Shown here one piece after another: positions 24,772 through 36,054 of a DNA stretch of 64,000 nucleotides. The DNA is from Vermamoeba vermiformis. Taxonomy: Eukaryota. The stretch is from assembly GCA_045837725.1 (NCBI GenBank), contig JBEWZL010000235.1, forward strand, positions 1 through 64,000, in the 5' to 3' direction. Every line of letters starts with the position of its first letter. The first letter of the stretch is position 1. The translations under genes were made by a program, and so were the position numbers. The notes beneath the pieces were generated by a model, which ran no database searches, was not told the DNA's origin, and worked only from the letters and a program-made list of their open reading frames with translations.

Positions 24772-26166
24772 ATGTTGAATTTATTTGCCGGCACATCTCG
24801 TCCTACGGTTGACAGTTGCTTACAGACCGGACAATGCACGTTTATGGCGACTGGTGCTAATTATCAAATGCAAGAAGTTTTCCGATGCATTACTTGCAAT
24901 CTTACAGGTAAATTTAACTACCTGTATCGAAAGATATTCAAATCTACCAATGGTCCCTTTTTGATCTGGAATTTAAACACTTTTTAAGCGATAATTATAG
25001 ACGAGTAATTATTGTGCGATCGCTCACATTACTGGACACTGATCTTGCGTTGCAACAGGAAACAAAGGAGTTTGCTCAGTATGCGCTCAAAAATGCCACA
25101 AAGGTAGTCATGCTTGATAAATGCAACAACGAGTCAATATTGATTAATTTAATGCCAGGCCACAGTTTGATCTCGTCCGGTCGATTGAATTTTTTTTGCG
25201 ATTGCAACAGTCGTGGTTGCTCCGCTCAAACCATCCCTCCAGTTAGTGCCAGTTTACAAATTAGTGTACCTGGCATTTCCATTTCTACTAGTGCTCCTCA
25301 TCCTCAGCCTTATCCTCCTCAACCCTACCAACAACCCCAGATGTTCAATCCGTATCCGCAACCGACTACAGTCGTTCACCAAGAAGTTCATCATCACCAT
25401 ATTGTAGCACCTCCCACTATGCCTTATTCAGCGCCACAAACTTCGTGTCCTGCTTGCGCTGGCAAGGGCGGTATTGGTAAGAAACTGATTACACACGCTG
25501 ATTCAATTTCTCGTTTTTTCAATTCTAACACGGAGTTTCAGGTGCTTTTGGACCCTGTCATAGAGGAGACGTTCATTGGAGACGTAACTGCTCCTTGTGT
25601 AACGGCGCAGGCTCAGTGCCGGGCGGATATCGTCAATGCAACATGTGCCAAGGCAAAGGCGCCACCGGAGCGTTTGGTCCTTGCACACAAGAAGACGTAC
25701 ACTTCCGCGCCTTGTGCCACGTGTGCAATGGCAAGTGTTACGTCTACGATACACCTTCGTATCCTCTGCCTGTATACCCCCCTCAACCCGTCCAACCTGT
25801 TCACGTGCATCATCACAGTGTTCCTCATGTGACGTTCTCGTCACACGTCTCGGGACCTTCTGTCTCGTGCCCTGTTTGCACTGGCAAGGGAGGCATGGGT
25901 AAGTAGATAATTCAACGCGAACTTGATGTGACACGTTCGCTGACACGCATGTTTAAGGTACTTTTGGTCCGTGTGCGAGAGGCAATATACACTGGAAGAG
26001 AAACTGTCCGTTCTGCAACGGCTCTGGCAGTGCTACAGCGGGTTCTAGACCTTGCACAGTTTGTTCTGGCAAGGGCGGCTTGGGTACTTTTGGACCGTGC
26101 GAAGTTGGTAACATCCACTTCAAATCAGTTTGCACTGGATGTCACGGCAAGTGCCACGTGTATTAA
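24772..26166 (+). CDS. Cys/His-rich protein: N-terminal UBR-type zinc finger, Pro/Gln linkers, four DnaJ-like CxxCxGxG zinc-binding repeats
   Basis: Spliced: CTFMATG..QEVFRCITCNLT-GNKGVCSVCAQKCHK-GHSL..FFCDC. Then four units of CxxCxGKGxxGxFGPC-x4-5-H[WF]-x3-CxxCxG. Confidence 0.8.
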
Positions 26167-26278
26167 TAGACTGTTAATGTATCAACTAATCAGTAAGCCA
26201 AAAACAACTGTAAATAAAAAGCTTATTGACGAGATTTCGGTTCGTACAATTGTAGAGTGCTTTCAATCCAATCGCCTT

Positions 26279-29205
26279 TTACGGCTTTATTTCATACTGC
26301 ATCTGCACTAACCGCGCAATACACTCGTCAATTGTAGGTCGCTCTTCAGGCTCCTGTTTGCAACACTTGATAATTAACTCTTGAAACTTCACGTCTTTGA
26401 CTTGCTCCTTGATCCTGGTGCTAGCATCCACGTCTTTAACTATAACTGGGAGTGTTGTTAACGTTAACATATGAAACAGAAGTGCGCCAAACCTGAAAAA
26501 TTGTAAATTTGGTGTCAGATCGGATAGCATCACTTACAAATATACATCAGCCTTTGCACCATATGGCTCCTCACGTAAGATTTCAGGGGCAATAAATCCA
26601 TACATGCCAATGATCGTCGTAGCTCTGTTCAGAGCTCTGTCACCGAAAATTCTTGCCGTACTGAAGTCGGAGAGCTTTGCTCTCTTTTTGTTGTTATGTT
26701 CATAGAGCTGCATGTTCATAAATAAATTAGATTAAAGTACCAATTTACTCTCCAAGGGAGATTCTCTAATCTTACCAATACATTCGCGCTCTTCAGACGT
26801 CGATGAATAATTTTTTGTGAATGAAGGAAATACAGACCTTTGGCAACATCCAACCCCATCTTAATGACGTCTTCTCGAGATAATTGTACTTCACGGACCA
26901 AGAGGTCTTCTAGCGACCCATTCTCCATGTATTCCATCACTAACATAATCTCTTCTGTGCTCGGATCTGTACTTATTCCAACCAACGAAACAAGGTGCTT
27001 GTGTCTCAATTTCCTAGTAATAATATTAGATAATAATCAGATAACGAGATGACTTTAAACATACATTAAGACCTCAGCTTCTTTTAGCACGTCCTCTTTT
27101 TTGGCACCAAAGCCAGATCTGAATCGTTTAATAGCGTACTTTTTGTTATTGTATTCGGCCTGGTAAACTATCCCATAACTTCCTTCTCCAATCATTTCGC
27201 CCAATTTGATTTCGGAGAACGGGATATGAAGCCCATTTCCATGATAACTGGAGTCTGAACCACGAGTTACTACGAACCTAAACAATTGCAATAGATAAAT
27301 TTAAGTACGAGCAACTCTAAGGTACCCACCTGTTCGGTGTCGGTTCTTCTGCTACTCCATCACTAATCATTTGCTCTTGTAAGTATGCCAGCTCATTAGC
27401 AAACTCTTCATTGCCAGGTCGCTTCATTGATGCTTCAACATTGCTGATGAAGCACTCGTAGATCTCTGTCAGTTCGTATTTGCTGAGAGTATCGAATATA
27501 TATTTTTTGCGCTGAATTATATACCACAGAAGATACGACGGGCAACGGATGTACACGAGCACACTGCCATAGACCACAATTGGATCCTGTACGTGTTCAA
27601 TCCCAAGAGCAGCTAGTGTAGCTGAAGCATAATCGGTGAAGGCTTGAACTATCTCGGGTTCGTACTTGAAACAAATGAAGATATTCTGCACCACGCGCAT
27701 TTCCATTAGAGCCAAAGTCCATTCCAAGAAATAGGCTTTAAAAGAATCAGCCAATTGTTGACCGAGCAGTGACTGTTTCCAGCTCGAACCACCAAGAACA
27801 AAACTACGAAGTTCTCCAATGATTAATATCGTCTTTGCCGAGGCATTCAATGTTGTGTGATTAAGTTCTACAAGAGGGAGGCTTGTTGGTTTGTGCGTAA
27901 ACTGCCAGTTGTAGTTGGGGTTGTTGTGGATGTTTGTTATTCGCGATATCACCATAAAGTTGCTCTGTTGCTCGCCTTCGTTTTCGAGCAGCAAGATGAC
28001 CTCACTTGTCGCGGGTAAGTAGTCCTTGATTTTGTACAATCTATCGGCCCTTGCATAGCTGTAAGGAAAAAGTAGGACATGCCGAGTCATGTGGTTCAAA
28101 TTCTTTTGGCTGTAGAGATATTGATGATTGTTAGAGCTGACTTCCTTCACAAAGCCAAGCCCGAGGAGTACAGTGTCGACCATTTGAATCGAGTCCTCCC
28201 TTTCAGGAACCAACAGAAGTATATTGGTAACAAGTGGAGTACCAGCGGGCAGCTGTATTCCGTTAGGAAATTCTTGGGGTGTTAATGGAACAACCTGGCT
28301 GAAGTCAAAGTCTTCCGGTTGGAAGAACTCACTGCTGATATCACCACTTGGCACGGGATCAAGTGGAAACTGCAATGGTGTGTTATTGTTATTGTTCTGC
28401 AGTGTTGCTGGAAATAGTGCCTGAGACTCTTCTTCGATCTGCATCTCGCCCACTTGGTTGCTAACCAGGGCAATTGTCTCTGAAAAGGCAGCTCCGCTCT
28501 GGGCATGTTTCGGTCGTTTGTTGGTCCTCGGTGTAGCCGTAGAATTGCAATTGACATGTAGTTCTTCGCCGTTAGGGAATCTAAACGCAAGAACGCCTCG
28601 TTTGTTCTTGCGAAAATTGACGCGATTCAAGTAGTGAATTAGTCCTTTTTCGTCTGTGTGAGTGATCTTCTCCTCCCAAATGAATAACTGAGTATCCTTA
28701 ATGAGTACCTCTACTTCTTCGGTAGTCACAAACCAATAGGCAGATCGTGCGGGCAAAGAATTGTTGGCAGGAATTTGTTCCGCACACTCTACTATTCTCT
28801 TGTTTCTCTGTTCCTTTGACGTGGACCTTGTGCCAGCATTTTTCACTCGTATGGAACGTATGCGGGATCTGCAATAAAGATTAGCAAATGCTGGTTCGAA
28901 CCAAACCTGTGCATACCCAACCTGCGTCTGTGGTTGTGGTTCTTCAAATTCCACGCGCGTTCGTTTTTTAACTTGACTATATATATTATTAATTAATAAA
29001 CAGGTAACACTGCGGTTTCGCGATGATTCAGTTGAATCTGCAAGATCAAAAGGAGAAATCAAAGAATTGAATATTGATAGATAAATTTCTAAAAACAATT
29101 TATTACATTGGTTCTTGTTAATTAATAAGTAAGAACATATGGAGAAGTTCAAACCGGATTTAATGGTTGATCAAAAACGAATAGTTACCTTTCATTGGCT
29201 GCCAT
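26279..29205 (-). CDS. Large protein with an unknown N-terminal region and a C-terminal TKL-like pseudokinase domain
   Basis: A long exon 27330-28977 splices to GEGSYGIVY, AIK, IIHRRLKSAN, SDFS, FIAPE and KADVY. Confidence 0.8.
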
Positions 29206-29543
29206 ATGTTTTACACTTGTTAATCTTTGTATTGTGGCCGTGACTATTTATATTTTGATTCAAAAGAAAAAACCAATTCTTTTTGTGGTATATTGATTAT
29301 TCAATTAAATAAACCTGGATGTCGGGTAGTAATCACGGTCCTATTCTATCTACGTTATAAATACGTAAGAGTAACCGACAATTAATTGGTGTTGGTATTC
29401 ATTAAGTTTACAAATCAAGAAAAAGGGTACCCCAAAAAAAAAACGACAAGGTCCGCAGTTTAAAATCATGTTGTATTTTGTTTTTAAGAAGATAATACAG
29501 TAGACACGGTCCGCAAACGACAATAAGAATTTAATCTATTACG

Positions 29544-30277
29544 ATGTCGCGAGGAGGGCTCTTAGGTGCAATTGCCAGATTTGACAAAACGACAATGAAA
29601 CACACAGCAGGTAAGTTTTACACTTAAAAAAGATACTAAAAATATAAAAGCACGTTAAAATACCATAATTTCCAGTTAAAATATTTTTCTGAGGAATTCT
29701 AATTTTGAATTTAATTTTTGTCTGTAGATCTGACAAATAAACGGGACCCAAAGACCTTAGTTACACTAGCAGCAGAGGCTATTGCACTTTATTTAGATAA
29801 AATTAAGCTAGATTTAAATCACGATCAATTGTGGGTCGTATTTAAAGTTTTGTCGAGAGGCAACAAGATGGAGGATCGGATCTTGAAACGAATGGTAGCA
29901 GAATCAACGTCCCGATTCTATGATATAGAAGAGTACAAAGTTAATTGGAACCAAAAAATTACTATAGAGGGCCTACAGTGCATCTTAGAGCTATTTCCTA
30001 ATTTAAAACGAATTGACATTACCGGATGTACCTTTAGCGATAGTACTGACATTTACAAACCTCTATTTTCACGTAAGACGATCACTTTATACTCATCTCG
30101 ATCGGGTTTTATTAATTTACTGTCCTAGATCCGACGTTGGTGCTAGTTCAGAATAGAGGCGCATTTTTCGGCTCACGAGATCCAAGAGATTTGACAGATA
30201 TATGCGATGAATATAATTGGGAACCTGTATGGTGCCGCCTGTATGAACTAGACTTTATTCGTAAGAAGATGGCCTAG
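29544..30277 (+). CDS. Small protein with a WH2-like N-terminus, a BC-box-like motif and a short LRR segment
   Basis: Exon 1 reads MSRGGLLGAIARFDKTTMKHT. Exon 2 reads PKTLVTLAAEAIA..ITIEGLQCILELFPNLKRIDITGC. Exon 3 ends FIRKKMA*. Confidence 0.65.
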
Positions 30278-30652
30278 TAAATAAAGCGTTTTACGATCCG
30301 TTACAAAAAACAAACGGTTTGAATTTGTCAAAAACAACCCGATATGGATAAGTAAACTACTTATTATAATTATTTGATGCGATTCACCTTGCAGCAAGCA
30401 AATTTCTACCGAAAAATCCACGGTTTCAATAAACAGCTTTGAAATCTTGTTTCACGTTGAACTCCAGCGTCATAGTCGTGATTATTTTAAGAAAAATGAT
30501 AATAAACATTCTTACAGGAGCATTTTTTCTGTATGAAGGTTTGGTTCTGATTCGTTCCGAAAAGTTTCGTTTGAGATTTCTGTGTGGACGATATTTTTGC
30601 TCTTGAGCGGTTGAAAAAATCATTGTTATCTTTATTTACAGCACGTAGCATC

Positions 30653-32171
30653 ATGAGAAGGATTATATTATTGTCCATTGTAGCGTTCGTGCTTTTTGGC
30701 ATCGCTCGAGCCTCGATCGAAATGGACGACGAATTTTATACGAAGCCGATTAAAGCAAAATTTGATGAAAATACGATCATTGAGACGACGCATGCTGAGG
30801 CAAGACAATTAGGTATTTTTTGCAAAAATCGATCAATTTATTTAATTAAAATAATTATTTTTTAACTTCGATCCGTTTTAGCTGCGAGACTTGGCCGTAA
30901 AGGACCCGGATATATTGACGTTACGGATCTTAAACATTCATACACCCCTCAGAAGTCAAAGAACTTTCCAACGAAGCCATCTTACAAAAAATTAATCGAT
31001 CCGTTATTATTACAAGTATTGGAAGCGAATTTATTGGCTTATGATACAAAATTAGCATTATTTCCTACTCGCGTAAGTATCATTCTACAATAATAATATC
31101 ATTTTGATTCATTTGGAAAATTCTTTCAAAAATTCTCGCGGATCTCGCTTTCGCTCACTTTCTAACCCACCGATTATCAGTACTATACTTCCAAATATGG
31201 TGTTGATGCAGCTGCATGGATCAAGACTCAATTTGAGACCTTTGCAAGCGGCGCAGAGAATGTTGACGTAAAATTTTTCGAACACTCATGGGCTCAACCT
31301 TCAGTTATTGCTACAATTAAAGGTAACATCATATAACTCTGTCTTATATATTAATGATCATATTAATAGGCAATGGACCTCTTGCTAATGAAATTGTTGT
31401 GATTGGAGCTCATGAAGATTCGATTAATGTGGGCGGATCCACAGCACCAGGCGCAGATGACGATGGTAATGCAAATACAGCCATAATGACCATATTAACT
31501 AACATACATTGTTATATAGGTAGTGGGGTATCAGCTGTTCTTGAAATCTTTAGAGTGTTGATCGAATCCGGGATCAAGTTCAATCGCACCATTCAATTTA
31601 TGACTTACGCAGCTGAAGAAGGCAAGTAAAATTCATAGTTTAAGTAGGACATACATTAATATGATGGGTTTAGTTGGTTTGAAGGGCAGTGCTGATATTG
31701 CCAATACTTATAAAGACGCGAATGTGGATGTGTACGGCGTTTTTCAAGCGGATATGATTGGCTATTCGTCAGACAAGAATAATCGTTATATTAGCATTGT
31801 AACTGATTATGTCAACCCTGATTTAACTGCTTTCTTGGAGGTACGTCATTTTCACTGAAAATAGGTTTTGCCGCTACAAACGCGAAATTTCAATATTTTT
31901 TTTAATTTATTTCTGATGGTATTTTTAGGCACTTGTTCCTGCATACACGACATTGCCCTATGTGACATTTGATTGTAAATATGCATGCAGTGATCACGCG
32001 TCGTGGTACGAAGTTGGTTACGCGGATGTGGCCCTCTCTGAAGATTTTGACAGCGAAAACCCGTACATTCATTCGAGCAAAGACACGCCCGACAGAATGG
32101 ACTTCAAGCTCGTTCTCGAATACACCAAGTTGGGCTTGGCTTTTGCTGCCGAGTTGGCGCTGTACGATTAA
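30653..32171 (+). CDS. Secreted M28 family leucyl aminopeptidase
   Basis: Signal peptide; zinc ligands in IGAHEDS, APGADDDGSG, YAAEEVGLKGS, QADMIGY, CSDHASW and YIHSSKD. Confidence 0.92.
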
Positions 32172-32345
32172 TATCTGATAAACTTTTTTCCTTGCGACAC
32201 TTGATTTGACACGTGTCATAATATCTGTCATCCATATACCTTCTTCTATTCTTTCATATTCTTAGAGTAGTCATTATTAGTGTCTCAGGCTGACACGTGT
32301 CAAGGCATCAAGCGTAAATTGGTGAATTTTGTGTCGATGGCACTT

Positions 32346-35300
32346 CTAGCTAACCCGGGAGTTGATTGTAATCTCCGCGTGAGATTTGGTGTCGTCTACA
32401 AACGGAGCAGAAGCGATCCATTTCTTGAGTGAGGCCAACAAGACATTCCTCGTGACAGGTTTGGTGATGTAGTCGTCCATTCCTGATTCAAGACACTTCT
32501 CACGATCACCTGGAAGTGCTGCTGCTGTCAACGCAACAATCGGTACTCGACCACTCGATGATGTTGAGGTTGAGTTGTGTTGTTTCTCGTGTTCTCTGAT
32601 CGCTTTTGATGTTGCGTAGCCATCGAGAAGAGGCATGTGACAGTCCATGTAAATGAGGTCAAACTGTTTCTTGTCTTTGTACAGCACGTCCAAGGCTTCA
32701 ACTCCGTTCCAGACAGCTGTCACTCGACATCCCAATTTTTGAAGTGTTAAAATCATGAGCTTCTGATTGACCGCGTGATCTTCAACGACTAAGATATTAG
32801 CTGCGTGTGCTGTTTGCGCGTGATCAATTGGCGCTTCTTGAATTGACTTTTCGATCGGCGAATGGACATGATCCGCGTCATCTCCGTGACTAAAACAATG
32901 TCAGTTTAAGGCACAATATGACAATATATGGTACGTACATGGCGGTCTTAGCTAGAATGGGCACTTCAAACCAGAATATCGAGCCTTCACCTTCTTGACT
33001 CACCACGCCGATCTCACCTTTCATCAGCTCACTCAACTTCTTGCAAATGGACAGACCGAGTCCTGTTCCTCCAAACTTTCTGTTGGTGCCGAGTGCTTGG
33101 AAGAACGGTGAAAATAGGCGTTGTTGGATCTCTTGTGACACGCCAATGCCGCTGTCTTTCACGACGAACAAAACGTTCAACGGCTCGTGCTTGCTGATGG
33201 CTTCTTCAGTCACGTGGTTGTTAATGCTGCTCGTTACTGTCGCGTTGATAACGTCGTGAATGACGAAATTGGGTTTGTGATCGTCTTTCAGCACGTGATC
33301 GAGAACGAATTTTTTGTTGTCTTGTTGCAACATGAACTTTTCTGCCTTTGTGATTGGTGCAACTCTAACACTAATAGAACCATTTGCGGGTGTAAATTTG
33401 ATGGCGTTTGATACCAAGTTGATCAGTATTTGTGCGATTCTACCTTCATCTGCTGTCATTGTCACGTCGGTCAACGATTGGTCAACGCTCAGTGACACTT
33501 TCAACTCTTTCGCTTTGAACTTTTGCAAGAAGAACGTCACCGTGGACTCCAATAGTGCAATGGCGTTGAAATCTTTCATTTCTAGCACGAGCTTGCCTGA
33601 GTCGATCTTGGAGTAGTCAAGAATATCATTGATCAGTGTCAAAAGATGTGATCCTGAGCTTTGAATGATGGTCAAATACTTCTCTTGTTCTTCTGTCAGT
33701 TTTGTTTCTGCGAGTAGTTCACTCATGCCAATGATGCCGTTCAGTGGTGTTCTGATCTCGTGGCTCATCGTGGACAAGAATTCTGACTTCATTTGTGCCA
33801 CTTTAATTGCACTTTGTTCGCGCACCGCAAGCATCTCGGCCTCCTTTTGAATGGTAATATCAATGGTCACAATAGCGGCACCAGTGATTTCCTCTTGCTC
33901 GTCACGTAAAGGGCTGTAATGAATGCTGAACACGTTGCCCAGGTACTCAGTTTCGGTGCTAAAAGAATCACCTCTGAGCGCTCTTTCAATCAGCCCTGGA
34001 AATTCTTCGTGTCCTTTCGCCCGGATAAAGTCATAGGACGACATTCCGACGTGAGACGGGCCAACTGTAAAGTGGTCAGTAAGTGACATTTGACACTTTG
34101 ACACGTGAAAAAATGAACACGTACTTTGAGTTACGCTATTTTACCTCGTGAAACAATATAGTGTATTTATATAGTGCATCGTATAATAGATGTCGTTAAT
34201 TAACAGTGCTCAAAATATGGACGATATTTGTTAACTACTGATTTGTTTTGACACGTGTCATCAAAAATTTGATTCGAAATTGACTTACTGAAGTTGAATT
34301 CTTTAAAAGCTCTATTATCATTCGCGAATGTAATTGTTCCGGTCTTATCCACGGTGAATAGTGACACGGGAATGTTTGACATGACAAGTCGCAGATGTGT
34401 CTCGGCAGCACGTGATCGTTGCACAAGCTCTTTTTGATCGTGAATGTCTGTGCAAGTACCAAACCATCGCATAATAGTGCCATCAGCACGTTTAATAGGC
34501 ACACCACGGCCCAAGAACCAACGGTAAGATCCGTCGTGGCACTTCAAACGGTATTCAATGTCGTAGGGTTGTCCCTAAAAAGGAAAATTAGGTAAATATT
34601 TGCAAATATTAAAGATATAAAAATATTACCGTTCTCGTGGAATTGTTCCAAGTTTGGTTTGTTCGCTCAATGTCATCTGGATGCACAGAATTATAGAGCC
34701 ATTGCCAGCCACCTGAATTAGCTAAGCTGAAACCAGTGTATTGCGTCCATCGGTCGTTGAAATAAGTGACAGATCCGCTTGGCTGTAAATTCAAAATTTT
34801 AATTAAAGCGCGGGGAACAAATTACCAATTATGGTTTTGCAAAGTTTACACGTAATGCGGTTTGTGTTAATATATACTGATTCATTTGTATGAAAATATA
34901 AATATAATAAATAATATTACCTCTGTAGCCCAAACTAAATGCGGGATCGCCTCAGCAATACCTTCCAATTCTCCTTCGTGGCTATGCTCGCGTTCTTTTT
35001 GCGCTTCTTCTTGAAATTTGTTCCAAACTGATTCTACACTGTCAATTATACAAATGTACTTCAATTCTCGTGACATTTCTCCGGATCTGAAATCCGCAAC
35101 GGTGTCGATCAAAAGTGTGGCCTTTGTTTTTACCCATTTTACTTCTCCGTTTGCATTAATTATTCTAAATACATCCTCGTACTGTTGCGGCTTCAAGCCC
35201 AGACCTAAAAATAAACGCAATTTGTTTAAATACTAAAAATTCGAGAGGTTTTGAATACTTAAATAATTTATGCAATATTTGCGTCAAAATATTCTACATA

Positions 35301-35579
35301 AATATATTATATGAAGCTTATGTTACCTGCGACGTTTTCTTTCAATTTGTTCGCCAGATCTATAATTTTGGCATATTCTCTTTGAATCAAATCCTTGTCC
35401 GCAACGTAGCGCGATGATATCAATTCCTCTGAGCTAATAATATACGTTTCAGGTAAGCCAAGCAGATCCAATAATTGCTTGTTGTATTTCAATTCATTTT
35501 TGGTAACGTTCCACTCAAAACAAGCTGGCTTTAATAATTCTAGTGCCCGAGCCACTATGGCTTCATCTATGGCTGCCAT
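32346..35579 (-). CDS. Cytosolic hybrid histidine kinase (PAS/PAC repeats, HisKA, HATPase, receiver), copy 1
   Basis: PAS motifs ([36 protein letters not shown]), H-box [15 protein letters not shown]-box [11 protein letters not shown]-box [11 protein letters not shown] and receiver [12 protein letters not shown]. No TM segment seen. Confidence 0.93.
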
Positions 35580-36054
35580 TGAGTAACGAAAGAAACAAAA
35601 AACTTCAAAAAATGAAACGTTTGAAATGTTGTGAGCCGCGGAAACAGTTCGGAGATCTACCCACGTCATTTGTGCCGGAGAAAACTTTTTGCCAACCTCA
35701 GTGGCAAATCATAGTATAATTCTTGATTCTTTAAATATTTTATTGCACATTTTCTTCGCTTCAGAGCGAATTCTGATCTACATCTGAAAAGGGCAAGGTT
35801 TAAATTTGAAGTTTGAACCTTGCTGACAAGTATTAGGGGCACGAAATGACAATTATACTTGAGTCTAATTAATTTAGCCAGTTGATTCGCTCGTTCATGA
35901 ACGATTCATTACCGGAGTATAACCGGAGAAATTTCTGCAACGCTTGACACCGCTGAAGTCCGCGAAGGCAAAGCTTGTCTTTGTGTAAGGTGATTTCACT
36001 GGCACGAGGACGTAAATTGCAATCAGCAATATCGTCATAGCAATATCCGTGTGC

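Noticed and set aside
25014-25832. 272-aa ORF in the track as a single protein
   Set aside because: It reads through introns and changes the true frame; the spliced UBR/zinc-repeat model explains the sequence better.
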